Source: an uncultured virus (IMG/VR IMGVR_UViG_3300050503_000206)
Taxonomy: Duplodnaviria > Heunggongvirae > Uroviricota > Caudoviricetes
Virus record (IMG/VR): IMGVR_UViG_3300050503_000206
DNA: 64,000 bases
Direction: 5' to 3' (one strand)
The notes under the pieces are model-generated. The model had not been told where the DNA came from, made no database searches, and worked only from the letters and a program-made list of their open reading frames with translations. Both the position numbers and the translations under genes were made by a program. Of this stretch, positions 53,536 through 63,188 are shown in pieces. The first letter of the stretch is position 1. Each line of letters starts with the position of its first letter.

Positions 53536-54677
53536 CACCGGCTCCGTGAACGACGCTTGGGCGCGCGCCGCATGTTGGTGTCGTTGTGCCACTTCCGGTG
53601 GCCGGCGTGATCGTCGAGCTTGTAGCGACGGAAGCCGCCGTAGTCGTCGTACTCGCCGACGAGCGCGACTTCGTAGAGCCGGCCGTCGTCGATGACACGG
53701 TCGCCAACCTTGAACTTCGGTGGAGGCTCCTTCGCGTTGACCTTCTTCGGTGGTGCGCCGCGCATCGGCAGCTTCGCCGGCGCGTGCTGGTTCTTCGTCC
53801 GCGGGTTCGCGGCGATCCCCATCTCGTCGCGCATGTACGCCACGGTCGTCTTGGACCAGTACCGGATGCCTGCGCCGAGGTTGTTGTACTCCGCTTCAGC
53901 GTGTGGATCGATCCGGTCGGCACCCATCTTCGCGTAGTGGAGCTCTGCGCCCGCGCGACCGACCCACGATGCCGCGCTGATGATGTGCCGCAGCAGCCGC
54001 TCGACGTCGCCACGCTCGCCTGCGTTCGCGGACTCGACGAGTTCTTCGTTCGCGCGGTCGACCGCGGTCCGGAACGCGCGCGCCGACCGGTTGGGGTCGT
54101 GCGTGTTCTTCACCCGCGGGTTCGTGAGGAACGGAAGCCCCTGCTCGTTGTACTGGGCCTTGAGGTGTCGTCCTTCCGCAACCTCGTTCAGTAGATCGAT
54201 GAGCGTACCCAGTTCGCGCTTCTCAGCGCGCTTACGTGTCTTGCGTCTGTAGCGCTCGAGGTCTGTAATAGCTCCTTCGACGACGGACTGCGGCACTCGG
54301 TTGCCCGCGATCGAGGACGAGCCGAGGGCGTACAGATCCGTGCCTTGGCCGCCGTGCCAGTCCATCACGCGGTAGCCGATCTCCGGATCGACGTAGAGCA
54401 TCGGATCCGCGTCATCCTCGTCGGGGTTGTAGCCACGACGGTTGTACAGGTCGTTCGGTGCCGCCTCGCGTGCGACCGCACGCTGCACGAGTTGCCCGGA
54501 GCGAGAGCCCGTGTCGGGCAGGTGGATCTTGCCGTCCTTCCAGTACGCGGTGCTCGAGCCGCCGAGACCGACGATGTTGAGCCGCGTGCCGTCGGTGTCG
54601 AGCTTGTGGCCGTCCATGGCGCGGCGCTCGGTGAACGCCCGGATCACGGCCTTGTCCTTCTTACCCAGTCGTTCCAT
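53535..54677 (-). CDS. NP-punctuated multidomain protein
   Basis: GYNP, LTNP, AANP between distinct segments; promoter motif at 54701-54710; SD AGGAG. Confidence 0.7.
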   Translation of the reverse strand: MERLGKKDKAVIRAFTERRAMDGHKLDTDGTRLNIVGLGGSSTAYWKDGKIHLPDTGSRSGQLVQRAVAREAAPNDLYNRRGYNPDEDDADPMLYVDPEIGYRVMDWHGGQGTDLYALGSSSIAGNRVPQSVVEGAITDLERYRRKTRKRAEKRELGTLIDLLNEVAEGRHLKAQYNEQGLPFLTNPRVKNTHDPNRSARAFRTAVDRANEELVESANAGERGDVERLLRHIISAASWVGRAGAELHYAKMGADRIDPHAEAEYNNLGAGIRYWSKTTVAYMRDEMGIAANPRTKNQHAPAKLPMRGAPPKKVNAKEPPPKFKVGDRVIDDGRLYEVALVGEYDDYGGFRRYKLDDHAGHRKWHNDTNMRRAPKRRSRSR

Positions 54678-54711
54678 TGTCGTGCTCCTGGCTCGTGCGG
54701 ACCCTACCAGC

Positions 54712-57675
54712 TCACAGCGCGGCGATCCGCTTGGCCGCCATGGCCGCTCGCGGGGCGGGATTCGACCACCGCTGCGGCGCGCGTGAGGGGTTGGTCACGC
54801 TGGTAATCCTTCCGTTCTCGCTCTGGAACATCTTGTTCTCGAGCCACAGTTCTCCCGCCCGCTTCGCGTCCTCGAGCACCAAGGGCGACGCGCTGAGTCG
54901 CTTCACGTTCGAGCCCCAGGTCCAATAGCCGGGTGCACGCGGGATCTCGTTCGGATCGGCGATCTCGTAGAAGGCGACCGTGTACGCCGGCTTCTTTCCG
55001 AACTTCACCAAGCGATACGCGCCGCGTCGGTGCTCGCTCTTCGGATCGAGTCGGATCACTCCGTGACCCCAACCGGTCTCGACGACGTTGCTCTCGTAGA
55101 TCGGATGGTCGGCATGCTCGCCGACCTTCGTCCACGTCAGCGGGTTGCGCTTGCGAGTGACTCCACGCGGGTTGCGCAGCGGATCTGCGATCGCCGTGAG
55201 CGCTTCATCGAGCGAGTCGTACTGGCGACCGAACGGGCGCAGGCGTTCGCCTTCCCAGATCTTGCGAGCCGTATACTTCCCACTGGAGTTCTCTTCGGCG
55301 TCGACGACTCCAGCGACGGCGCCGCTCTTCCAGTAGACGACGAGCGTGTCGGCGTCGCGCTTCTTCTTCACCGGCTTGTAGCTGACTGTTTCTTGGCTGC
55401 CCTGGTACGACGTGCGTGTCTCGACGGGAACGGTGGCGAGTTCGAAGTGCCCATGCTTGGTGAACCTCGTCCCGCGTGGTAGAGCCGGAAACTTGCCCAC
55501 GTTCGCCTTGCGCGGGTTCATCAGCTTCGGGAACTTCCCGAGCAGGTAGTCGTAGTCGTCATTCGCCTCGGCCGCGCTGTCGTAGCCGATCACGTAGACG
55601 AAGCCGTCGGTGTCGACGTGGAAGATCTCCGTGCCGATGAGCGCCATGTATGCGCCCGTGCCCGCGTCCGCGACAGATGCACTCGGCACGAGTGATCCGG
55701 CGCGCAGGGCAGCGTGGCGGCTGCGTGCGATCGGGCCGTCGTACTTCAGCTCGCGGTGCTGCAGGTTGCGGCGACGCGGGTTCGCAGTGTGGCGTGGATG
55801 AGCCATCGCCTCCGCAATGACGATCATTCCCAGTCCGACCCATCGTCCGTTGTCGAGAAGATACGGTTCACGCGCACGCGGACGCACGTCGACGATGCGG
55901 TACTGGATCGGATCTCCTTGGCGCCACCACTTCGGAGTCCCGACGAGTCTGACGATGTCGCCCTTCTGCAGCGGATTCTTCGCTCTCGGATTGCCGAACA
56001 GGTCGGCCTGCTGCACGCCGCGGCGGGTCAGCTTCATGCGTACCGGCACGACCTCCTCGCTCGCAGCGATCTCGTCGTACTTCGCCGACAGCTTGCGACG
56101 GTCGGCGACGGTGGCCACGCAGTTGCCGATGTCTTCGCGGATCTCCTCGACCTCGGCGGGCGTGAACGGCGGACCCTTGGGATTCTCGTCGAAGCCTTCG
56201 AAGTAGTCCTCGATGTCGTATCGAACTTCACGGCGTGCGGCATCCTCGTCGTCCCACGCTGCCCCCTGGTGCTGCAACTCGGCCTCGGCCTCCTCGAGAT
56301 CGCGTTTCAGCGCCGCCGATCCTCCGTGCTTGTCGAAACGACTGCGAGCGTCCGCGAGGAATCCAGCGGCAGCGCGCAGGGCGTCCCATCGCGTCTGCCC
56401 AGCGTCGGGACGCGACAGCAGCGCGTTCGCTCTGCCGATGTCGCGCTTGATGATCGCGACAGGCGTCTCGCGATACGCACCTCGGGGGTTGGTACGCGGC
56501 GTTGCACCGAACGTCTCCGCGTAGTCGTCCAAGTCCTTCAGCAGGTCTCGCTTGGTCCGGTAGTGAGGTCCGACATCGTTGTCCGTGTCCAAGGCGACGA
56601 TCCGCCATAGTCCCGGCTTCCGTTGGCGATAGCCCAGTTCCATGTATCGCGTCGCGTGCGTTTCGTCCGAGGGATTCATGCGTGTCTTGGACATCGGAAA
56701 CTCCTGTCCTGTGGCGAGCTCGTAGGTGAGGCCGACGGACATCGGCACGATGTTCCCACGCTGGTCGCGCGGCGGGTCGGGGTGGTCGGTGAGCCACGAC
56801 ACCCACGCGCGCACGGGCAGCCCCATGGAGTCCGCTGCGGCGGCGCGCCGGTGGCCGTCGGTGATCCTCAACGTGCCGCGCTCGGTCTCGACCACCTGGA
56901 TCGGCGGGTAGCTGTGACCGTCGGCCATCCACTGCGCGTAGCGCTCCATGTCCTCGAGCTTGCCGGACTGGCGCAGCATCTTGGTCGGATCGGACCAGTC
57001 GAACTCGCCGGGCTCGAGGACGCGTGGATCGTCGACGAGTACGAGCTCGTCGATCTCGTGGCCGTACATGCCCCGGAACTCGTCGTCGATCCGCCACGTG
57101 CCCAGCTCGAAGCGCGGGTACTCGGCCTTCTTCGTGCGGCTCGACGCGATGACCGTGTCGCCCTGCACGTACTGCGCGCGGTAGGCCGCGTCGAGATCGG
57201 AGTGGCGGACGTACGCTCGAGGGTCGGTCGGAGGCGTGCCCTGCTTGGGCCAGCCGCGCTTGTTCGGTCGTGGGTTCGCGATCCGCTTCACGCCTCCCTG
57301 CATGCGGCAGTCGACCTGCAGTCCCTTGCCTGGCCAGGCCTGGTCGTAGCAGATCGACACGCCCAGCACGCGCTCGGCGGCCTCGTCGGCATCGTCCTCG
57401 CCGTGGTCTCCGCGCTCGCGCCACGCGATGCAGTGGCCGACCTCGTGGGCGATCAGGGCGGAGCGATGCGCGTCGTCGAGGACCAGCGTCGCAGTGGCGA
57501 ACTCGAAGACGAGCTCGTCGGGGATGCACTGCGCGTAACGCCGCCGGTTCTTCGCGTGCTCGCGCTCGAGCGGCTTGTGCAAGACGATCGAGGCATGGCG
57601 CGGATCGATGCCAGCGGCCGCGAGCGTCTGGCGAACCTCGCCATCGAGTCGCCCGAGCGTGATCGTCTCCGGCAC
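54712..57675 (-). CDS. NP-punctuated polyprotein: N-terminal HExxH zincin, ParB/Srx-like domain, further small domains
   Basis: LIAHEVGH; YPPIQVV...ITDGHRRAAAA; about 12 NP sites; C-terminal NPAPRAAMAAKRIAAL. Confidence 0.75.
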   Translation of the reverse strand: MPETITLGRLDGEVRQTLAAAGIDPRHASIVLHKPLEREHAKNRRRYAQCIPDELVFEFATATLVLDDAHRSALIAHEVGHCIAWRERGDHGEDDADEAAERVLGVSICYDQAWPGKGLQVDCRMQGGVKRIANPRPNKRGWPKQGTPPTDPRAYVRHSDLDAAYRAQYVQGDTVIASSRTKKAEYPRFELGTWRIDDEFRGMYGHEIDELVLVDDPRVLEPGEFDWSDPTKMLRQSGKLEDMERYAQWMADGHSYPPIQVVETERGTLRITDGHRRAAAADSMGLPVRAWVSWLTDHPDPPRDQRGNIVPMSVGLTYELATGQEFPMSKTRMNPSDETHATRYMELGYRQRKPGLWRIVALDTDNDVGPHYRTKRDLLKDLDDYAETFGATPRTNPRGAYRETPVAIIKRDIGRANALLSRPDAGQTRWDALRAAAGFLADARSRFDKHGGSAALKRDLEEAEAELQHQGAAWDDEDAARREVRYDIEDYFEGFDENPKGPPFTPAEVEEIREDIGNCVATVADRRKLSAKYDEIAASEEVVPVRMKLTRRGVQQADLFGNPRAKNPLQKGDIVRLVGTPKWWRQGDPIQYRIVDVRPRAREPYLLDNGRWVGLGMIVIAEAMAHPRHTANPRRRNLQHRELKYDGPIARSRHAALRAGSLVPSASVADAGTGAYMALIGTEIFHVDTDGFVYVIGYDSAAEANDDYDYLLGKFPKLMNPRKANVGKFPALPRGTRFTKHGHFELATVPVETRTSYQGSQETVSYKPVKKKRDADTLVVYWKSGAVAGVVDAEENSSGKYTARKIWEGERLRPFGRQYDSLDEALTAIADPLRNPRGVTRKRNPLTWTKVGEHADHPIYESNVVETGWGHGVIRLDPKSEHRRGAYRLVKFGKKPAYTVAFYEIADPNEIPRAPGYWTWGSNVKRLSASPLVLEDAKRAGELWLENKMFQSENGRITSVTNPSRAPQRWSNPAPRAAMAAKRIAAL

Positions 57676-57676
57676 G

Positions 57677-58003
57677 TCACACCGGCTTCCCTTCGCGCGG
57701 GATCCCGCCGCGTCGAACGATCTCCGCTTCGGCATCCGACAGCGCTAGCATCTCCGTGAGCCGGCCCGAGAGCGTCACGTGCTCCGTGCCGTCCTCGCGC
57801 TGCAGGTGCGGCACGTAGCCCGGGTAGCGGTCCTGGTACGCGGTCGGCATCAGCTCGGTCCAGTAGAGGTAGATCGGAGCGTCCGCAGCCGGTCCACCGA
57901 TCGCGCGGCGCACCTGACCCACGACGATGGCCGCCGCAACGATCCCGAGGGGCACCGCCCACAGCCACGTCGGGATCGAGTCATTGTTGCGGCGTCGCGT
58001 CAT
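57677..58003 (-). CDS. Single-TM protein with RRRN N-terminus
   Basis: MTRRRNNDSIPTWLWAVPLGIVAAAIVVG. Confidence 0.6.
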   Translation of the reverse strand: MTRRRNNDSIPTWLWAVPLGIVAAAIVVGQVRRAIGGPAADAPIYLYWTELMPTAYQDRYPGYVPHLQREDGTEHVTLSGRLTEMLALSDAEAEIVRRGGIPREGKPV

Positions 58004-60381
58004 GCGCAGAGGTTGCGTGCGAGCTTGGTCGCGCGGCTGTGCTTGCACCCGCATGTGGTCGCGCGCGCGGGGTTGCGACGCTTGTCGGGCTTGCGACCGC
58101 CGAGGTAGCCACCGAGCGCGGCCCCGAGCGGTCCGAGGGTGCCGCCGAGGCCACCGCCGATCGCACCGCGCTTCTTCCGATCACGCGGAGCGCCGACGTG
58201 GCCGCCGATCGCACCGCCGGCCATCGAGAGCAGCAGCGACAGCGGCGCAATGACGGCTCCGCCCGCGGTCGCCACGGGGATCGCCCCGAGTGCGACGAAC
58301 AGCGTGCCGACCGTTGCGCCCACCACGCTGCCGAGGAACGCCCCGAGGCCGGCGCCGTTGCGTCGTCGACCGCCGGGGCCGTTGGCGACCCGCGCCGCGT
58401 CGGCGAGCTCGATGGGACGCTCAGCGAAGAACAGACCCACGGGCTTGCCGTCCTCGAGCACGACCCATGCGCCCTGCGGCGGCGTCGGGTTGTTCGCCCG
58501 AGCGCCGCCGAGCGCGACGCGTGCGTCGTTCATGCCGGCCGCCGCGAACGGTCCCATGCGCCCGGTCCACTGGATGCTCTGGCCGGCGACGCCGGCCTCG
58601 AGTCCCTTGCCGTAGGCGCGCAGCGCTGCGACCTGGTCCTTGGGGGACAGCGCGTCGAAGCGTGCGGTCGGGTTCTTGCCCTTCGGGTTCTGCTTCGCGC
58701 CCGGCGGTGCGTACTCGATCTCGTCACGCTGGTTGTTCTCGAAGCTCTTGGCGTACTCGTTGGCGACGTAGCGGCGCGTGACGGAGTCGAACATCTCGTT
58801 CCACTTGCCGCCGAACTCCTTGGTGTAGTCCTTGGCACCGGCATCGACGAGATACATGAATCCGTCGACAGCACGCTCGTGGTTGTACCGACCCTTCGCG
58901 CGGTGCTTCCACAGGTTCTTCACGATCGCGCTCCACTGATTGTGGAGCGATCGGGTGTTGTCGATCCAGAGCTCGAGTTCGGTCGCTGCGTGCTCGTCGA
59001 GCTCGCCCTTGACGCCCTTGGCAGGGTTCTTCATGCCGCGTCTCCTCATCATCTCGTCCACGAGTTCCGTGAGTCGTTCGAAGTCGGCATCGGAGTAGCG
59101 ATCTCCGTCGGGACCGATCGGTTGATTTTCCAGAGCGTCGATGAGCGCATAGATCTCGTCGTCGCTGAGCTCGCTGGTGCTGACATCCGGATTGCGCAGT
59201 GATCCCCATGCCGACTGGGCCGCGCGCTTGTCGGACAGACCGCGCTTCTTCTGCGACTCGTAGACGTGCTGGAGCTGCCGGCACTGCTTCGCCGTGATCT
59301 CCGTGCCGCACGCGATGTGCTTGCCCCGCGGGTTCGTGGCCTTGTCGGACTTGCCGACGCCCACGGTTTCGTGGGTCGCTTCCCATTGCCAGATCGCCGC
59401 TTCGACAGTGCGACGGTCGTCGTCGTTCTCGAGCCACATGCTGCCCGTGTCGAAGTCGAGGTAGCGATCGGGCTTCGTCGCAACGTGCCCGCACCAACGT
59501 CCGATCGTCTTGCCGCCTTGCGCGATCTCGTAGCACTTGTACCAAACGACCCGGCCACGGCCGGCTCCGTGCCCGCGGCTTGTCGCCCATGCGTTCGAGA
59601 TCCGCATCTCGCGGTTGGGATTGCGGTCTGCGGTCGGGTCGAACGACGCCAGACGCAGCGTGCTGAACGGCGCCGCGCCGCCGCCGAAGTACGACTCGCC
59701 GGTCGCGACCAGATCGATGATGATCTCGTTGTCGTCGAGATCTTCGTTGTCGTCGAGGAACGTGTCGAGCGAGCCCGACCACTGCACCCGGCCGTCCTCG
59801 TCGGAGAGCACGACGCGCTGCTTGCGGTACGCCTTCGATCCGCCCTTGTGCAGCGACACGAGCTTCGCCGCGTCGGCGCGAGAGATCGGCTTGCGAGGAT
59901 TCTTCATGGGGCTCCTGGGATTCACCTCGCGCAGCAGCGAGCTGCGGAAGTCGACGAAGCCGCGCTTGGCGAGCCGCTCGATCACGTCCTCGCGCGGCAT
60001 CCGGATCTTGCCGGTCGCGAGGACCTCGTCGAGCGTGCCGGCGGCCTCGACGTCCCCGGACTCGGCGTCGATGAGCTCGACCTCCGTCTCGGTGTCGTAG
60101 ATGAACCCACGTTCGGTCGTGACCTCGCGGTTTTTCCGCCTGTGGACGCGTTGTGGACGGTGTTCGGGGGCCGGATTCGCAGCAATGCGCTGTTCCGCCC
60201 ATTGGCGCGCTTCCGACCAAGATTTGAAATCGGGCGTCGTCTGTGGAGCGCTTGTGAGTCGCGCGCGCCAGCGTCCGGCGGCGTCCTGCCATGCTTCGAC
60301 CGTCCGGCCGCGGGCGCGCGTACGCAGGCCGTGCCCCTTCGGGCTACGGTGCGTCTCGAAGCGGCTCCACGACAGCTCCAT
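58000..60381 (-). CDS. NP-punctuated polyprotein with C-terminal glycine-zipper membrane segment
   Basis: About 11 NP sites; GAGLGAFLGSVVGATVG...GGAIGG; C-terminal RATKLARNL. Confidence 0.75.
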   Translation of the reverse strand: MELSWSRFETHRSPKGHGLRTRARGRTVEAWQDAAGRWRARLTSAPQTTPDFKSWSEARQWAEQRIAANPAPEHRPQRVHRRKNREVTTERGFIYDTETEVELIDAESGDVEAAGTLDEVLATGKIRMPREDVIERLAKRGFVDFRSSLLREVNPRSPMKNPRKPISRADAAKLVSLHKGGSKAYRKQRVVLSDEDGRVQWSGSLDTFLDDNEDLDDNEIIIDLVATGESYFGGGAAPFSTLRLASFDPTADRNPNREMRISNAWATSRGHGAGRGRVVWYKCYEIAQGGKTIGRWCGHVATKPDRYLDFDTGSMWLENDDDRRTVEAAIWQWEATHETVGVGKSDKATNPRGKHIACGTEITAKQCRQLQHVYESQKKRGLSDKRAAQSAWGSLRNPDVSTSELSDDEIYALIDALENQPIGPDGDRYSDADFERLTELVDEMMRRRGMKNPAKGVKGELDEHAATELELWIDNTRSLHNQWSAIVKNLWKHRAKGRYNHERAVDGFMYLVDAGAKDYTKEFGGKWNEMFDSVTRRYVANEYAKSFENNQRDEIEYAPPGAKQNPKGKNPTARFDALSPKDQVAALRAYGKGLEAGVAGQSIQWTGRMGPFAAAGMNDARVALGGARANNPTPPQGAWVVLEDGKPVGLFFAERPIELADAARVANGPGGRRRNGAGLGAFLGSVVGATVGTLFVALGAIPVATAGGAVIAPLSLLLSMAGGAIGGHVGAPRDRKKRGAIGGGLGGTLGPLGAALGGYLGGRKPDKRRNPARATTCGCKHSRATKLARNLCA

Positions 60382-60385
60382 GGGG

Positions 60386-60775
60386 TCAGCCGGCCTCGGC
60401 CGCCTCGGGTTCGGATCCGGCGGGGGATTTCCCGCTGACCTCATCTACAACCTCGACGTCGGGCGCGCGCAGGCCCTTGATCCGGGTCGTCGACTCCGCG
60501 AGCGCGAGCGGCACGACCTTGCGGCCGTTCACCACCCGGATCTCGCGGACCTCGATCGCGGGCGTCGGACGCAGCTTCGCGACCGCCTCGCGCAACGCGA
60601 GCGCGGGGGTTCGGCCCCGGCCGACGACTCCCGCGTGCTCGGTGTGCTCCACGCCGTCTTCGGACTCGAGGTCTCGGAAGGCGGACAGGCGCACCTCGTA
60701 CTCGTCGCGAAAGCGCATGATGTTCACGTGCATCGCGCCGGCCGCGAAGGCCTGATCGAGCAGATCGTCGTCCAT
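60386..60775 (-). CDS. Hypothetical protein
   Basis: TGATG-coupled ORF. Confidence 0.5.
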   Translation of the reverse strand: MDDDLLDQAFAAGAMHVNIMRFRDEYEVRLSAFRDLESEDGVEHTEHAGVVGRGRTPALALREAVAKLRPTPAIEVREIRVVNGRKVVPLALAESTTRIKGLRAPDVEVVDEVSGKSPAGSEPEAAEAG

Positions 60776-61623
60776 CAGCCGACCGTCAGGGCCTTGTTCA
60801 TGAGGGACTGATTCGCGACGGCACCCAGCAGCTGCGCCGTGTTCCAGGCGATCGACGGCGCGTCACCTGCGGTGTACGGCTCGAGTCCGCGGCTGTAGTC
60901 GACCTGCGGCGTGACGATCCCGAGCACGTGCTTGATCGCAGCATCGTGAGCGTCGGGGTCGTCCCAGTTGACGTCCTTGTTCGCGATCTCGTTGAGCATG
61001 CGCTCGTAGACGTCTCGCGCGAACGTCCCCTTGACGTCGGTGACCAGGCGCGCAATCGCTGGCTCGGATCCGCCGCCGGGCAGATCGTTGCGTTGGTCGA
61101 AGGTCGTGCCGTCGGGCATGCGGCCCGACAGCGCGACGGGATCGATGACGCCTCCGCTGGTCGCCCCGAGACTCACGTTCTTGACCGCGCGCGCGGTGTA
61201 CGTGCCGTCATCGTTCTCGAGCAGCACGCGCAAGGTCGGCGCGGCGGTGTAGCCAGCCGGGATCTCGGTGCCGCTCACCGCGAGCTGGACCGGACCGCGC
61301 ACGTCGGCCACGACCTGGGGTGCGTCGGCGAGCGTCGCCCCGGGCACCAGAATGCTCGCGAGCACGGGCCCGGGCGGCATCTTCTTCTGGCCCTTCATGC
61401 GCTGCCAGCCCTTGAAGCCGAGGTAGCCGACGCCGATCGCTGCTGCACTGAGGCCGATGGCGGCCATGGTGCCGAGCATCGTCGGGTTGCGTCGAGCTCG
61501 GCGACGGCCACGGCCGCGACGACGACCGCGACGACGACGCGGGTTCGCTTCGGGGATCGCTGGCTCGGGATTGGAACGGGCGCCCTCGAGGGCGATGCGG
61601 CGGCGGGTCGGTGTCGTGGTCAT
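60775..61623 (-). CDS. RRNP membrane-anchored protein
   Basis: ANPRRRRGRRRGRGRRRARRNP followed by a TM segment; SD AAGGAG. Confidence 0.7.
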   Translation of the reverse strand: MTTTPTRRRIALEGARSNPEPAIPEANPRRRRGRRRGRGRRRARRNPTMLGTMAAIGLSAAAIGVGYLGFKGWQRMKGQKKMPPGPVLASILVPGATLADAPQVVADVRGPVQLAVSGTEIPAGYTAAPTLRVLLENDDGTYTARAVKNVSLGATSGGVIDPVALSGRMPDGTTFDQRNDLPGGGSEPAIARLVTDVKGTFARDVYERMLNEIANKDVNWDDPDAHDAAIKHVLGIVTPQVDYSRGLEPYTAGDAPSIAWNTAQLLGAVANQSLMNKALTVG

Positions 61624-61643
61624 GTTGGGGCTCCTTCGTTGCC

Positions 61644-62360
61644 TCAGTCGAGATCGGAGTGGTCGGCGACCCAGTCGAGCGCGAGCGTGAGTGCTTCGCC
61701 GCGGCTGGGTGCGAGTGCTCTGTCGCCGCTGGTCGTGGACCATTGCCACGCAAGCGGTCCGTTGCCGCCCGAGACTTCGGCGATCTGGATCTGGAACTGC
61801 TCGGGGAAGAAGTCGAGGGTGATCCCGTCGGTCGGCTGCATGTTGCCGATGACGATCTCCGAGTACGCGTTGACGATCGCATCGTGCCGCGTGTCGCCGG
61901 CGCCGGCCATGTCGAGGCTCGGCGCGCGCCATGCCCACGTCGGACCGTTGCGGTAGACGTCGACGACGTGCTGCCCCATCTTCGCGTGCACCGTCGGCGC
62001 TGCGCTGCGGTGTGCGGCCTTCGGCAACGTCACCTTCGCCGCGACGGCCACAGGCACGAGCGCGAGCACGGCCCCCGCTGCGATCGCGCTCGCGGTCCCG
62101 ATCGGGTTCTGCAAGGGGTTGGCCGAGCGGCCCTTGGGCAGGATCGCCCCGAGCACGCCGCCCGTCACGCCGCCGGTCACGCCTGCGACCAGAGCTCGGC
62201 TCCACACGCGATCGGTCGATGCCGCGGCGAAGCTCGAGGCGATGCCGATCGCGCTGCCGACGAGGCCGAGGCCGATCGCGGCCTGCTTGTCGAGTCCCCA
62301 CGGGTTGCGAGGATTGCGACGGCGCCGCCGGCGACGCGGGTTCTGCTGACGTCGTTTCAT
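61644..62360 (-). CDS. RRNP multi-TM protein
   Basis: MKRRQQNPRRRRRRRNPRNP followed by three Gly/Ala-rich TMs. Confidence 0.7.
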   Translation of the reverse strand: MKRRQQNPRRRRRRRNPRNPWGLDKQAAIGLGLVGSAIGIASSFAAASTDRVWSRALVAGVTGGVTGGVLGAILPKGRSANPLQNPIGTASAIAAGAVLALVPVAVAAKVTLPKAAHRSAAPTVHAKMGQHVVDVYRNGPTWAWRAPSLDMAGAGDTRHDAIVNAYSEIVIGNMQPTDGITLDFFPEQFQIQIAEVSGGNGPLAWQWSTTSGDRALAPSRGEALTLALDWVADHSDLD

Positions 62361-62701
62361 CCCTGCACTCCCAGCGCGAGCAGTGTGTCGCGGACTGCCT
62401 GCTTTGCGCCGAGTTCGCTCGCCGTGGCGCCGCCGGCCACAGACACGCCGTTGTGGTCCACGCCCCAGATCCACGACGATCCCTCTTGGCTGATCGTCCA
62501 CGAGTACTCGTTGAGCGTCCCCGAGGTGCCCATGTTCTCGGGGCGCAGGATCTCGTCGATGGCCTTCTTCGCGACGCGATGCAGCGCATACACGCCGGCG
62601 GCGGCGAGCGTCACCGGCACGAGCACGACGCCAGCGACCACGATCGCCACGATCGCGCCGGTGCTGAGGTTCTTCTGGCGTCGTCGTTTCATCGATCTCA
62701 T
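62357..62701 (-). CDS. Single-TM protein with basic N-terminus
   Basis: KRRRQKNLSTGAIVAIVVAGVVLV. Confidence 0.65.
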   Translation of the reverse strand: MRSMKRRRQKNLSTGAIVAIVVAGVVLVPVTLAAAGVYALHRVAKKAIDEILRPENMGTSGTLNEYSWTISQEGSSWIWGVDHNGVSVAGGATASELGAKQAVRDTLLALGVQG

Positions 62702-63171
62702 CTCGCCGGAGTCACCGGTGATCCCGCGGTCGTCACCACGCTCGAGCCGCGAGAGAACGGCGCGAGCACTTCACCGAATCTTCCGGTCTGCGACGGCCAC
62801 CAGACGGGGTACACGGTGGGATAGCCCGTGACGCCGTACCAGTCGAGAGCGACCTGCCGATTCAGATCGATCGCGATCCGCTGCAGCGTGCGGGCCGACA
62901 ACGGCCTGCCGCTGTTGACCTCGGCGAGGGTCACCGCATCGAGGTTCGCCGGCAATCGCCGGCCCATGTTCACGCCGGGCGTCGTGAACGGAATCGGCAC
63001 GCACGCGCCACCGGGACAGCAGATGCACCAGACCAGTGCCGCGCCTTGGCTCGGGCACGCCTGATACCAGCACGGCGAAGCGCCGTACGGACGAAATCCG
63101 TACGCCGGCACGGGCACCGGCACGAGCATCGAGCGGAGGATCGGACGTCTGCGGCGGAATCGTCGGGGCAT
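62698..63171 (-). CDS. Arg/Cys-rich hypothetical protein
   Basis: MPRRFRRRRP...CWYQACP...WCICCPGGAC; SD AGGAG. Confidence 0.6.
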   Translation of the reverse strand: MPRRFRRRRPILRSMLVPVPVPAYGFRPYGASPCWYQACPSQGAALVWCICCPGGACVPIPFTTPGVNMGRRLPANLDAVTLAEVNSGRPLSARTLQRIAIDLNRQVALDWYGVTGYPTVYPVWWPSQTGRFGEVLAPFSRGSSVVTTAGSPVTPAR

Positions 63172-63188
63172 GGTGGTCTCCTGTTGGC

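Noticed and set aside
51073..53610. 845-aa plus-strand ORF that is also rich in poly-Arg
   Set aside because: It is the antisense shadow of the 50940 repeat gene (CGN/NCG symmetry). The promoter motif, SD and neighbouring genes all support the minus strand.
56800..56960. ParB-like domain as evidence of a plasmid partition system
   Set aside because: It is embedded in a polyprotein with no ParA or HTH; it is more likely a ParB/Srx-type enzymatic module.
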